32,000 bases of DNA from Ferroglobus placidus DSM 10642 (GTDB lineage Archaea; Halobacteriota; Archaeoglobi; Archaeoglobales; Archaeoglobaceae). Positions 15,990-25,102 of the stretch are shown piece by piece; position 1 is the first letter of the stretch, and each line of letters begins with the position of its first letter. The DNA lies in contig NC_013849.1 of assembly GCF_000025505.1 (NCBI RefSeq), positions 120,001 through 152,000 of the forward strand, read 5' to 3'. The notes beneath the pieces were generated by a model. That model did no database searches. It was not told the DNA's origin and saw nothing but the letters and a program-made list of their open reading frames with translations. The position numbers were made by a program, and so were the translations under genes.

Positions 15990-16650
15990 ACCTCCTCCCC
16001 CCTGCGATCACGATAACTCTATTTGCGAACTTTTTAGCGACCTTTCCAGCTTTTACAACCTCCTCAAAGCTTGGAGGGGATAAGTACTCTACTTTTTTGT
16101 CCCATTCGGGCTTGGAAAGGTACTGATAGACGAGAATTTCATCGACTCTACCAACTCTGCTCATAACTCTTTCAAGCGTTTCGGCGTCGAGGTAATTTTC
16201 TATCATCCTCGCCCAGATTCTTATCTTTTTCCCGCTCTTCCTGACAGCTTCGAGTGTTTTGAAGAAATTTTCGATGTACTTTTTAGCTCTCTCTTCGCTC
16301 AATCCGATGAGGGTCGATAGCTTCTTTAAATCGTCGAAGTCCCCTTTTATCTCCAGAACTACCATGTCCACGAAATTCAAAACCTCCTCTACGGCTTTGG
16401 GATTAAATCCGGACGTTTTGAGAGTTACCTTAACTCCCTTTTCCGCAAGCTTTTCAACGAGGTCTTTTAAGTCTCTGTGTATCGTCGGTTCAGCTCCACC
16501 TATGTAAACAGCTTCGCAGCCGTTAAGTTTGCTTGCGATTTCATCAACGCTCAACTCATGCGATTCCATTTCCAAGTGAGTGCAGTAGGGACAGCGAAGG
16601 TTGCAGTAAGCTGCTTCGACCCTGCAATTTTCGACTTTAATTACCCTCAT
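15976..16650 (-). CDS. Compact radical SAM enzyme (224 aa), activase-like, specific function unknown
   Basis: The CNLRCPYC (CxxxCxxC) cluster motif lies near the N-terminus. The motif YIGGAEPT is a GGEP-like SAM motif. The size and layout resemble NrdG/PflA-type activases, but the usual N-terminal extension is lacking. Confidence 0.75.
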   Translation of the reverse strand: MRVIKVENCRVEAAYCNLRCPYCTHLEMESHELSVDEIASKLNGCEAVYIGGAEPTIHRDLKDLVEKLAEKGVKVTLKTSGFNPKAVEEVLNFVDMVVLEIKGDFDDLKKLSTLIGLSEERAKKYIENFFKTLEAVRKSGKKIRIWARMIENYLDAETLERVMSRVGRVDEILVYQYLSKPEWDKKVEYLSPPSFEEVVKAGKVAKKFANRVIVIAGGRRFEVD

Positions 16651-16969
16651 TTTTCACTTTTTCCAGCGCTTTTTCTATTTCTCTCCTAACTACACTCTCC
16701 GGCATGGCTCCGACGAAGCTGTTCACTATCTCTCCTTTGTAGAACATCAGCACCGTCGGTATGCTGAATATTCCGTACTGCATAGCTATTTCCGGATTTT
16801 CATCCGTGTTCAGCTTGGCAAACTCCACATCCTTGAATTCCTTTTCCAGCTTTTCGAGTACCGGAGCGAGCATGTGGCACGGCATGCACCACTCTGCCCA
16901 GAAGTCGACGACGACGAGCTTATCCTTGTTTATTTCGTCGTAGAAGTTCTCCTTATTCAGCACCTTCAA
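16637..16969 (-). CDS. trx: Thioredoxin with atypical WCMPC active site
   Basis: The sequence VVVDFWAEWCMPCHMLAPVLEKL, the later FSIPT and the total length are all thioredoxin-like. The TTG start at 16969 overlaps the upstream stop (TTGA). Confidence 0.85.
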   Translation of the reverse strand: MKVLNKENFYDEINKDKLVVVDFWAEWCMPCHMLAPVLEKLEKEFKDVEFAKLNTDENPEIAMQYGIFSIPTVLMFYKGEIVNSFVGAMPESVVRREIEKALEKVKNEGN

Positions 16970-17232
16970 GCTATCACCCCCTTAGCTTCTTCAACAAGCC
17001 TTCTCAATTCTTCAATTCTCGGAACACCTAAAAGAACGTACCTGTCGTTGATTATTATCGCAGGAACTCCGGATATGCCGTATTTCATAGCCTCCTTCAA
17101 CCCCTCTTCAGTCGTTACGCTCAGCTCCACCACTATTACGTCATCCCTCTCCTGAGCGAATTTTCTAAGCACTTCTCTTGCCCTCGGGCAGTAGGGGCAA
17201 GTTGGAGACGTGAGGAGCTTAATCACAACCAT
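16966..17232 (-). CDS. Glutaredoxin-like small redoxin (CPYC active site, 88 aa)
   Basis: Supporting segments are MVVIKLLTSPTCPYCPRAREVL and GISGVPAIIIND (thioredoxin fold). I chose ATG 17232, which is preceded by GGAGGTGA. ATG 17247 is possible. The ORF-track start at 17373 adds 47 implausible residues. Confidence 0.8.
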   Translation of the reverse strand: MVVIKLLTSPTCPYCPRAREVLRKFAQERDDVIVVELSVTTEEGLKEAMKYGISGVPAIIINDRYVLLGVPRIEELRRLVEEAKGVIA

Positions 17233-17486
17233 CTTTCTCACCTCCATTTTTACTTCTAAAGGGGGAATATATAACATCTTATCGGTTTTGTCAAAGTCGG
17301 TGAAAATCGATTTATTGTTCATTAAAAATTTCATCCACGAATAACTCTGGATTTGTTGAGGATTTGAAAGCAACTTAGATTCTAAAAAGCTTTCTCGGCA
17401 TCGTTAATCTGAAAAGCGGAGACCGAAAGATTAAAATTAAAACAGCTCGAACTTTTTTAAAAACTGAAAGGAGGGATTGAAAGAAG

Positions 17487-17795
17487 ATGGCGATGGAAAT
17501 CTGCAAGATATGCGGTTTGCCTAAGGATTTGTGCGTGTGCGAGGAAGTGGCTAAGGAGCAACAGCAGATAGTAATAAAGGTCGTGAAGAGGAGATACGGG
17601 AAGGAAGTAACAGTAATTGAAGGAATAGATGACTCGGAGATAAATTTAGAAGAGCTCGCAAAGTTTTTAAAGTCGAAGCTCGCTTGTGGTGGAACGGTTA
17701 AGAACGGAGTTATCGAATTGCAGGGGAATCACGTTCAAAAGGTTAAGGATTTGCTGATCAAGAAAGGATTTAACCCGGAGAGGATTAAAGCCTGA
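17487..17795 (+). CDS. sui1: Translation initiation factor aSUI1 (eIF1 homolog) with an N-terminal Zn knuckle
   Basis: Supporting segments are [33 protein letters not shown] and [22 protein letters not shown]. An AGGAGGG Shine-Dalgarno sequence lies upstream. Confidence 0.9.
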   Translation: MAMEICKICGLPKDLCVCEEVAKEQQQIVIKVVKRRYGKEVTVIEGIDDSEINLEELAKFLKSKLACGGTVKNGVIELQGNHVQKVKDLLIKKGFNPERIKA

Positions 17796-18934
17796 ATCAC
17801 CTCTTTTACGTTTACTCCATATTTTTCCCATATTATCCACAAACCTAAGAAAGTCCCTATCATGCTTCCCACATTTGCCATTGCTGCGACGAAAATTACT
17901 CTAAAGGCTTTATTTCTCATCAACTGTTTTAAACTTTCGGCTTTCGTCAGCTCGTAGAGGTCGTCAGCTGTTGGTTTTCTAATGTATGCTTCGGCAAGCC
18001 CGGCAAACCATCCCGCAGCAATTAGGGGGTTTAGAGAAGTTAACCAGGCAACTAAAAAAGCTACGAAAGCCGAAAAAACGTGCCCACCGGCTAATAACGT
18101 GAAAAGAGCGGAAAGAACTCCGTTTATCAAAAACCATATGACAAAGATCTCCCTCGCTTCGCTTAAACCGAGAGTTAAGGCTATCGTAACGAAAATTAGG
18201 AGAAACAGAGCTGTGACGGCAAAACCGATAGCTTTTGCGAGTGAGAATCTCTTCTTTTTAACTTTTAAAAGCTCCGGTATGCTTGGAATCTCTTCCGGCT
18301 TGCTTAAATACCTCTCGATTCCCTTTTTATGCCCCGCTCCCACGACTGCGACGATTTTTTCGTATCTTTCAGCAGCTCTTATTAAGTTGTAAGCCATAAA
18401 CGCATCTCTCTCGTCTACGAGGACTTTCGCAGCGTTCGGAGAAACTCTTCTGAACTCCTCTACGAGTATTTCCGTCAGATCCTTCTCTATAAGCTCGTCC
18501 ACATCCACATCTTCGAACATTCCCTTTACGAAGTGGAAGAAGAGCTTGATTTTTTCGAAGAAGCTTAGAGAGTCTAAAAATCTCCTCATCGTGATTCCGA
18601 GATCCCGGTCTATTAAAAGAACGTCCGCTCCAACGTTTTTCGCTTCCTCTATCGCAGCGAGCATTTCGGTTCCCGGAGTTAACCCTTTTTCTTCGCCGAG
18701 CTTTTTTTGGAGGAAAGACAGAAAGACGGTCAAAAGGAATGTTGAGATGTCTCCTCTCTTCACGACGTCAACAACGTTTATCTCTTGCTTTTCTCCCATT
18801 AAAGCTCTGAACCTTTTTTCGTCGAGCTCCACAGCCACAGCTTTCGGCTGCACTTCTCTTATTACCTTTCTCACCTCTTCAACGCTCTTTTGAGAGACGT
18901 GGGCTGTGCCGACTATGTATACTCTACTTTGCAA
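17735..18934 (-). CDS. TraB/PrgY (Tiki-like) family protein with a C-terminal multi-pass membrane domain
   Basis: The N-terminus is [17 protein letters not shown], with later [12 protein letters not shown]. Four or five hydrophobic helices occupy the C-terminal ~150 aa. The TTG start at 18934 overlaps the S2P gene by 11 nt. Confidence 0.8.
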   Translation of the reverse strand: MQSRVYIVGTAHVSQKSVEEVRKVIREVQPKAVAVELDEKRFRALMGEKQEINVVDVVKRGDISTFLLTVFLSFLQKKLGEEKGLTPGTEMLAAIEEAKNVGADVLLIDRDLGITMRRFLDSLSFFEKIKLFFHFVKGMFEDVDVDELIEKDLTEILVEEFRRVSPNAAKVLVDERDAFMAYNLIRAAERYEKIVAVVGAGHKKGIERYLSKPEEIPSIPELLKVKKKRFSLAKAIGFAVTALFLLIFVTIALTLGLSEAREIFVIWFLINGVLSALFTLLAGGHVFSAFVAFLVAWLTSLNPLIAAGWFAGLAEAYIRKPTADDLYELTKAESLKQLMRNKAFRVIFVAAMANVGSMIGTFLGLWIIWEKYGVNVKEVIQALILSGLNPFLISKSLTF

Positions 18935-19973
18935 GCTGGTACACCTCCAAAATTTCGACCGCTTTAACTATATCCGTTCTCGTGAGAATGCCTACAAGTT
19001 TTCCGTTCTCGACGACGACGAGTCTACCAATTCCCGAGGAGGCGAGAATTCTCAAAGCGTCGATCATTGGAGTGTCGGGAGTTACTGTGATGACGTTCCT
19101 CGTCATAACTTCCTCTACCTTCGTATTCTCATCCTTTCCAACGATGTCGTGGAGAGTTACAATTCCAACGACCTCTCCGTTTTTAACAACCGGATAACCT
19201 AAGTGTTTTCTTTCGAACATCAATTTAAGCACGTCTCCGACGGTCATATCCGGTGTTACAGCCACTACATCCCTCGTCATTAGATCCCCCACTTTGAACC
19301 TCGAAAGGAGGCTTTCGATCGTTACGAGCTTCTCCTCTTCATTAGCTCCCATGTAAATGAATATCGCAATCAGCAGAAGCCACAAGTTAAAGAAAAGTCC
19401 GTAGACGGCCATGAATATAGCCAAAAATTTACCGAGTTCCGCAGCTATTCTCGTTGCCTGATAAAATCCGTACTTCTTAGCGAGAATGCTTCTCAGAATT
19501 CTTCCTCCGTCGAGAGGGAACGCTGGAATTAGGTTGAAGAAGGCGAGAATGAAATTTATCTCCGACATTAACAGAAAGAATTTACTCAAAGGGTATGGAG
19601 TAGGCAAGTAGAGAGCGAAGAAAGCAAATCCGAGCAAAATGCTTGCAAATGGACCAGCAAAGCTTACAACGCCTTCCCTTTTCGGCATCTTGTCCATTAC
19701 AGCCATCCCGCCGAAGATAAACAGGATTATCTCCCTCACGTTTCCTCCGTACCTTTTAGCCGTTATCGAATGGGAAAGCTCGTGAATTAAGACCGAGAAG
19801 AAGATTCCGACGGCGGCGAGAACTGAGAAGATCAGTCTCTCGGGATCTTTTATCTCGCTGAAGGCGAAGGGAGAGACGTAGAAGGCGTAGCTGAAAATCG
19901 CTATGATTATAAACAGGCTGTAGTGAACCTTCACGTCAATATCAAATATTCTGAACAGCTTTACCGAAGCCAT
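18924..19973 (-). CDS. Site-2 protease (M50 family) with tandem C-terminal CBS domains
   Basis: The zinc motif is HELSHS and the second S2P motif is NLIPAFPLDGGR, both within TM helices. Two CBS-like repeats follow (DLMTRDVVAVTPDMTV... and VMTRNVITVTPDTPM...). Confidence 0.85.
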   Translation of the reverse strand: MASVKLFRIFDIDVKVHYSLFIIIAIFSYAFYVSPFAFSEIKDPERLIFSVLAAVGIFFSVLIHELSHSITAKRYGGNVREIILFIFGGMAVMDKMPKREGVVSFAGPFASILLGFAFFALYLPTPYPLSKFFLLMSEINFILAFFNLIPAFPLDGGRILRSILAKKYGFYQATRIAAELGKFLAIFMAVYGLFFNLWLLLIAIFIYMGANEEEKLVTIESLLSRFKVGDLMTRDVVAVTPDMTVGDVLKLMFERKHLGYPVVKNGEVVGIVTLHDIVGKDENTKVEEVMTRNVITVTPDTPMIDALRILASSGIGRLVVVENGKLVGILTRTDIVKAVEILEVYQLAK

Positions 19974-19991
19974 TGAAAATCCTAAATAAAG

Positions 19992-20837
19992 GTGAATTTA
20001 AGCTTAACTTCAGGTGATATCTTGCTGTTCGGCACGGCTGGGGTGCCCAATTCAGCAAAGAACAGAAGCACAGAAGGAGGAGTTGAAAGAATAGCTGAAC
20101 TTAAACTCGATGCGATGGAAGTGGAGTTCGTTAGGGGAGTTAGAATGAAGGAAGAGGCGGCTAAAGCGGTGAGAGAGAAAGCTGAAGAGCTCGAAGTAAC
20201 TCTAAGCTCCCACGCTCCTTACTTCATAAACCTCAACGCAGACAGCGAAATGAAAGTTAGAAGGAGTATGCAGAACATATACGCAACGGCGAAGATTTCC
20301 CACGTCCTCGGAGCGAGAAACGTCGTTTTCCATCCGGGATATTACCTAAAAAGACCTAAAGAGGAGGTTTTCGAAAGAATAAAAAGTGCCGTAATAGAGC
20401 TGAGAAAGAGAATTGAAGACGAAGGGCTGAATGTTGTTCTCCGCCCCGAAACGAGTGGTAGCGTCTCTCAATTCGGAGAGCTCGATGAGATAATAAGGCT
20501 TTGCGAAGAAGCAGAAGTTTTGCCGTGCATAGACTTCAGCCACATCCATGCGAGAACTCAAGCCTACAACAGCTACGAGGAGTTCTGCGAGATTCTCGAA
20601 AAAGTCGAAAGTTTGGGAAAAGAAGCTTTGAAAGACTTTCACTGTCACGTGAGCGGCATAGACTACGATGTAAAGGGAGAAAAGAAGCACCTCAACTTGA
20701 AGGAATCCGACTTAAAGTACGAAGAGCTCCTCAAAGCTTTAAAAGATTTCAAGGTAAAAGGAGTCGTGATTTGCGAGAGTCCAAATCTGGAGGAAGATGC
20801 GTTAATGCTCAAGAAACTTTACCACTCTCTTCGATAG
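19992..20837 (+). CDS. nfo: AP endonuclease family 2 / endonuclease IV-like TIM-barrel protein
   Basis: Supporting segments are SSHAPYFINLNA, VVFHPGYY, CIDFSHIHA and HCHVSG (metal-binding barrel motifs). GTG 19992 is the longest ORF. TTG 20022, preceded by AGGTGA, is probably the better start (LLFGTAGVP). Confidence 0.6.
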   Translation: MNLSLTSGDILLFGTAGVPNSAKNRSTEGGVERIAELKLDAMEVEFVRGVRMKEEAAKAVREKAEELEVTLSSHAPYFINLNADSEMKVRRSMQNIYATAKISHVLGARNVVFHPGYYLKRPKEEVFERIKSAVIELRKRIEDEGLNVVLRPETSGSVSQFGELDEIIRLCEEAEVLPCIDFSHIHARTQAYNSYEEFCEILEKVESLGKEALKDFHCHVSGIDYDVKGEKKHLNLKESDLKYEELLKALKDFKVKGVVICESPNLEEDALMLKKLYHSLR

Positions 20838-21195
20838 AGAACTTCTCAACTATCTCGTTCAGCTTCTTGAACCAGTTTTCGAGTTCGCTTCTTAGCTTTT
20901 CTTTTAGCTCTTCTATCGGAATCGGTATGTAGAGGTACTTGTAACCTCCGTGCTTTAAAATTCTGTACTCCCTCTTAACCAAACCCTTCTCCATTAGCGA
21001 TTGCAACGAGCGGTAAACTCCGCTCCTGTCTTTCCCCATTATCTCAGCTAATTCATCGACCCCGAGATTCGGATGTCTGTGCAGAGAGAGATACACTTCT
21101 ATTTCCGAAGGCGTAAGCTTAAGCACGCATCGCAAAATGTGTTGGAAGGAAGGTTCGCCCTCAAACAGCTCTTCGATTTCCCTCTCCATCTTCAA
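20809..21195 (-). CDS. Small TrmB/MarR-like winged-helix regulator (paralog of 15618-15989), coupled to valS
   Basis: The sequence [31 protein letters not shown]...GGYKYLYIP aligns over its full length with the 123-aa protein at 15618-15989. TTG 21195 overlaps the valS stop (TTGA). ATG 21189 is an alternative start. Confidence 0.7.
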   Translation of the reverse strand: MKMEREIEELFEGEPSFQHILRCVLKLTPSEIEVYLSLHRHPNLGVDELAEIMGKDRSGVYRSLQSLMEKGLVKREYRILKHGGYKYLYIPIPIEELKEKLRSELENWFKKLNEIVEKFSIEESGKVS

Positions 21196-23786
21196 ACCCT
21201 CTCTATCATAACTACAACGTTTTCGACCTCCAAAACGTCAACGCTCAGATCTCCCACGACTTTTTCTAATTTAAACTCGAACCAGTCCGAACTAAGCTCG
21301 ATTCTCTCGCCGTTAACCTCTACCTCTAACTTACCGGTTTCCATAAATTTAAACTTTTCCTCCTCGCTTAACTTCGTAACGGCTTCAACGACCTTCTTAG
21401 CTTTTTCTTTGAATTTAGGTCCTATAACGCTGTATTTTGGCTTAATCTCCTTAACTTTCGTCTCTATTTTCGGCATCTCCTCTATAAAGCTCACGTCGGC
21501 GTTAACAGCTCCGCTTATATCTCTGACGTCGAACTTTTCTGGGGAGTAAATGAGTATCCTTTTCATCGGAGCATTTAACGCCATTTTTCTATCGTGCTTG
21601 TACCTCCTGATTTCTTCGACTATTTTTCTGATCTTTTCTCCTCTTCTTTCTGCTTCTTCGTCTATAAACTTCTCCTCAACTTCCGGATAGCTTTGCATGT
21701 GAACGCTTCCATCTTTGAAAAGCACATTCCAGCACTCCTCGCTTAAGAATGGCGTAAACGGGGCGAGCAATCTTATTAAAGCGTTCATGACCTTGTAAAG
21801 AGTGTACCTCGCTGCAAGCTTTTCTTTCTCGTCTCCGGAGTAAAGTCTGTTCTTAACCAGCTCGACGTAATTGTCAGCAAATTCGTACCAGGTAAATCCT
21901 CTGATGAGCTTCAAAGCCTCGCTGAAGCTGTAGTTTTCCATCGCTTCGTCAACTTCCTTGACGAGTTTGTTGAGCTTCGAAAGAATCCACCTGTCGGCAT
22001 CTCTCAAATACTGCTCGTGCTCGTCTTTTGGCTCGTAATTTTCGAGATGCATCGCTGAAAACCTCGTTAAGCTCCAGAACTTCTGCTGGAATCTCGATGC
22101 CGACTTTATTTCCTTCCAAGAAAAAGCCACGTCGCTGCCAACAACTCCACCTATTGCCGCCCACTGTCTCAAGCAGTCGGCACCGTACTTCTCTATTACT
22201 TCTTCAGCTTCCACGTAATTTCCTAAACTCTTGCTCATCTTTCTTCCATCTTCCCCCAGAACCATTCCGTTTATCACTATCTCGTACCACGGAATCTGGT
22301 TAACGAGATATATGCTCCTGAGAATCGTGTAAAAAGCCCAAGTCCTTATGATGTCGTGTCCCTGTGGTCTCAGATGAGTGGGATACTCCTTAAGCTCTTC
22401 CGGCCAGCCCACTATCGCCAAAGGCGTTATACTCGAGTCCATCCAGGTGTCGAGAACGTCGTCTTCTCCTCTAAACTTCGTCGAACCGCACTTGGGGCAA
22501 GGTTCTTTTGGCTGATCTTTCGTCGGATCTACCGGAAGCCATTCTTCTTTAGCCACAATCGTCTCCCCACAGTTTTCGCAGTACCATACTGGAATAGGCG
22601 TTGCAAAAACTCTCTGCCTGCTTATAACCCAGTCCCACTCCATGCTCTCTACCCAGTCTTCGAGCCTGAGATACATGTGCTCCGGAATCCACTTAATCTT
22701 CCTCGCTGCTTCGAGAACTCTCTCCTTGTCAACTTTAACGAACCACTGCTCTTCTGGAATAATCTCCACCGGCGTTTTGCACCTCCAGCAAACTCCGACC
22801 TTGTGGTCCACCTCTTCCACTTTAATCAATCTTCCTTCCTTCTTGAAATCCTCTATGATTTTTTCCCTCGCTTCGCTCACGGTTAAGCCAGCGTACTTTC
22901 CAGCTTTTTCGTTCAGCTTTCCATCCCTCGTCAAAACCTGCCTAAGCTCCAAGCCGTGCTTCTTCCACCACCTCACGTCCTGCTTGTCTCCAAAAGTACA
23001 GATCATCACCATTCCGGTTCCGTAATTCGGATCGACTTCTTCGTCAGCTATAATCTTTACTTCTTTCCCGCTTATCGGAACGACAACCGTCTTTCCAACC
23101 AAATCTTTGTACCTCTCGTCTTCCGGATGAACTGCAACAGCAACACAAGCCGGAATCAGCTCTGGGCGAGTTGTAGCTATTATGACGTTTTCATCGAACT
23201 TTATGTAGTTCAGCTTAGTCTTGCCCTCTTTGTACTCTATTTCAGCCAACGCAATAGTTGTTTCGCACCTCGGGCACACTATGACCGGATGATATCCCTT
23301 GTAAATCCACCCCTTCTCGTAAAGTCTTACGAAGCTCACCTGAGTTTTTCTGTAGTACTCCGGATACATCGTTACGTACTCCTTGCTCCAGTCTATGCTT
23401 AGTCCGAGCTTTTTCATCGTCTCCTTCATCCTCTTTATGTTCCTCTCCGTAAACTCCACGCACAGCTCCCTGAACTTTTCTCTCGGAACGTCGTTCTTCT
23501 TTATTCCGTAAAGCTCTTCCACTTTGACTTCGGTCGGCAATCCGTGGCAGTCCCAACCCTGGGGAAACATTACTTCGTAGCCTTTCATTCTCTTGTATCT
23601 CGCTATGAAATCGATGTAACACCAGTTCAAAGCGTTTCCTATGTGGAAGGAGCCAGTAGGATAAGGGGGAGGAGTATCGATTATGAAGTGCGGCTTCTTC
23701 GAATCCCAGTCAAAGTAGTACATGTCATCCTTCCACAAGCGAAGCCATTTGTCTTCGACTTCCCTCGCCTTATACTCTTTTTCCAT
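21192..23786 (-). CDS. valS: Valyl-tRNA synthetase
   Basis: The class I signatures are [12 protein letters not shown] (HIGH) and KMSKSLGNY (KMSKS). An editing-domain region is present ([11 protein letters not shown]). The 864-aa length is typical of archaeal ValRS. Confidence 0.85.
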   Translation of the reverse strand: MEKEYKAREVEDKWLRLWKDDMYYFDWDSKKPHFIIDTPPPYPTGSFHIGNALNWCYIDFIARYKRMKGYEVMFPQGWDCHGLPTEVKVEELYGIKKNDVPREKFRELCVEFTERNIKRMKETMKKLGLSIDWSKEYVTMYPEYYRKTQVSFVRLYEKGWIYKGYHPVIVCPRCETTIALAEIEYKEGKTKLNYIKFDENVIIATTRPELIPACVAVAVHPEDERYKDLVGKTVVVPISGKEVKIIADEEVDPNYGTGMVMICTFGDKQDVRWWKKHGLELRQVLTRDGKLNEKAGKYAGLTVSEAREKIIEDFKKEGRLIKVEEVDHKVGVCWRCKTPVEIIPEEQWFVKVDKERVLEAARKIKWIPEHMYLRLEDWVESMEWDWVISRQRVFATPIPVWYCENCGETIVAKEEWLPVDPTKDQPKEPCPKCGSTKFRGEDDVLDTWMDSSITPLAIVGWPEELKEYPTHLRPQGHDIIRTWAFYTILRSIYLVNQIPWYEIVINGMVLGEDGRKMSKSLGNYVEAEEVIEKYGADCLRQWAAIGGVVGSDVAFSWKEIKSASRFQQKFWSLTRFSAMHLENYEPKDEHEQYLRDADRWILSKLNKLVKEVDEAMENYSFSEALKLIRGFTWYEFADNYVELVKNRLYSGDEKEKLAARYTLYKVMNALIRLLAPFTPFLSEECWNVLFKDGSVHMQSYPEVEEKFIDEEAERRGEKIRKIVEEIRRYKHDRKMALNAPMKRILIYSPEKFDVRDISGAVNADVSFIEEMPKIETKVKEIKPKYSVIGPKFKEKAKKVVEAVTKLSEEEKFKFMETGKLEVEVNGERIELSSDWFEFKLEKVVGDLSVDVLEVENVVVMIERV

Positions 23787-23790
23787 CGGA

Positions 23791-24513
23791 TCACCTCACG
23801 TAATTTTTAAGCCTGCCAACACCTTCAATTTCCACTTCCACAACGTCACCTCTCTTTAAAGCGCCAACCCCCGGCGGAGTGCCGGTGGCGATGACGTCGT
23901 ACTTTTTCAGAGTCATGAGGGAGGAAATGTATTCGATTAAAGTTGGCACGTCAAATATCAGATTTTTGGTTGAAGAATCTTGAACGACCTTTCCGTTCAG
24001 GTAGGTTCTTATCCTGAGATTAGAAGGATCGACGTTAACTACGTACGGACCCATCGGAGAGAAAGTGTCGAAGGATTTGACGATGTCCCACTGCCAGCCA
24101 GCCTGCTGTAAATCTCTCGCTGTAACGTCGTTGAAACAAGTATAACCGAGGATGTAGTCTTCGGCATCCTCTTTAGAAACGTTCTTGCATCTCTTTCTAA
24201 TAACGACGGCAAGCTCTCCCTCGTAATCTACTCTTTTTGGCTTCGGTGGGAGAATTATGTAATCTTCATTTCCCACAACGCTGCTCGGGGATTTCAAAAA
24301 CAGAGCCGGCTCTTTGGGAACTTCCATACCCAGCTCTTTCGCGTGATCTTCGTAGTTTAAAGCTACTCCAATGATTTTTTCCGGCTTTACCGGCGGTAGA
24401 AATTTTACCGCTTCAATCTCGAACTCCAAACCGTCGTAAATTATTTTTCCACCAGAAAGCTCGAAGTAACCTTCAAACACCTCTCCGGCGTAAACGAACC
24501 TACCGTAAGCCAT
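23791..24513 (-). CDS. Fumarylacetoacetate hydrolase (FAH) family protein
   Basis: Supporting segments are [42 protein letters not shown] and PGTPPGVG-like ([14 protein letters not shown]). The gene ends 4 nt upstream of the valS start. Confidence 0.85.
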   Translation of the reverse strand: MAYGRFVYAGEVFEGYFELSGGKIIYDGLEFEIEAVKFLPPVKPEKIIGVALNYEDHAKELGMEVPKEPALFLKSPSSVVGNEDYIILPPKPKRVDYEGELAVVIRKRCKNVSKEDAEDYILGYTCFNDVTARDLQQAGWQWDIVKSFDTFSPMGPYVVNVDPSNLRIRTYLNGKVVQDSSTKNLIFDVPTLIEYISSLMTLKKYDVIATGTPPGVGALKRGDVVEVEIEGVGRLKNYVR

Positions 24514-24542
24514 TAGGGTAATGGATTTCCTTTGAAAATATA

Positions 24543-24902
24543 TTACTTTCTTTCGAGGTTTATTTTCGAGTCGTCTAAAATCACTTGGACTTCGACGTCG
24601 CTCGCCCCTTCAACTTTAACTTTGCCCTCTCCGTAAGCCAAGCATTGGATGCAAATTTCGTCGCTTCGGCTAAGTTTTATTACGAGGTTGCCGTTTTCTA
24701 TGCTCGCGTTCATCTTGTAACACGGATTTGGTAAATTTACTCCAAAACTCACGACTAATTCTTTCGCGCCTTTTGTAACATTGTAAAAGTTCTCGCCGCT
24801 GCCGCACTTAGCTGAAAACTCTGTAAAAGTGATTTTTACGTCACCCTCCTTTTGAACGCAGCCGATGAAGAAGAGAATTAAAACCACGAGCATTAATCTC
24901 AT
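24543..24902 (-). CDS. Small Cys-rich lipoprotein-like secreted protein (119 aa)
   Basis: The signal plus lipobox-like sequence is MRLMLVVLILFFIG-C. The mature part has six further Cys. I placed the start at Met79 of the 197-aa track ORF, because the longer version runs antisense through tRNA-Arg. Confidence 0.65.
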   Translation of the reverse strand: MRLMLVVLILFFIGCVQKEGDVKITFTEFSAKCGSGENFYNVTKGAKELVVSFGVNLPNPCYKMNASIENGNLVIKLSRSDEICIQCLAYGEGKVKVEGASDVEVQVILDDSKINLERK

Positions 24903-24923
24903 GATTGAGCTTGTGCTTGAAAT

Positions 24924-24933
24924 CTTAAAATAG
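24924..24933 (-). promoter_or_regulatory. TATA-like box for the lipoprotein gene (leaderless geometry)
   Basis: The minus strand reads CTATTTTAAG, centred about 26 nt upstream of the ATG at 24902. Confidence 0.35.
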
Positions 24934-24986
24934 TTTACCACAAACCTAATAAACAACGGTACGCCATCAGAATACTGTCGGACGGA

Positions 24987-24998
24987 AAAATTATAAAT
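24987..24998 (+). promoter_or_regulatory. TATA box for tRNA-Arg
   Basis: The element aaaattataaat is centred about 35 nt upstream of the tRNA 5' end. Confidence 0.4.
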
Positions 24999-25027
24999 CG
25001 GCTGAGGAAAATCGAGCATCACTAAAT

Positions 25028-25102
25028 GGGCCCGTGGCTCAGCCTGGATAGAGCGACGGCCTTCTAAGCCGTAGATCCCGGGTTCAAATCCCGGCGGGTC
25101 CG
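25028..25102 (+). tRNA. tRNA-Arg (anticodon UCU), no encoded CCA
   Basis: I folded it by hand. The acceptor is GGGCCCG/CGGGTCC and the D-arm is GCTC..GAGC. The anticodon stem is ACGGC/GCCGT with loop CTTCTAA. The T-arm is CCGGG-TTCAAAT-CCCGG and the discriminator is G. Confidence 0.92.

Noticed and set aside
17233-17373. A 47-aa N-terminal extension of the glutaredoxin-like ORF
   Set aside because: The extension has no thioredoxin-fold counterpart. A GGAGGTGA Shine-Dalgarno sequence precedes the internal ATG at 17232, and a TATA-like element lies within the extension.
17233-17486. A C/D-box or H/ACA sRNA in the non-coding gaps (also 25103-25303, 12304-12413, 2096-2224)
   Set aside because: There is no RUGAUGA C-box paired with a CUGA D-box at appropriate spacing on either strand. 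Only isolated CUGA tetramers occur.
18702-18708. A T7 homopolymer inside traB as a possible frameshift or phase-variation site
   Set aside because: The reading frame is intact through it, and short A/T runs are expected in Lys-rich coding sequence of this composition.
21073-23402. Several 90-176-aa plus-strand ORFs inside the valS region (21073-21549, 22356-22886, 22642-23025, 22956-23402)
   Set aside because: All are antisense shadows of the 864-aa ValRS gene. Their composition is low-complexity.
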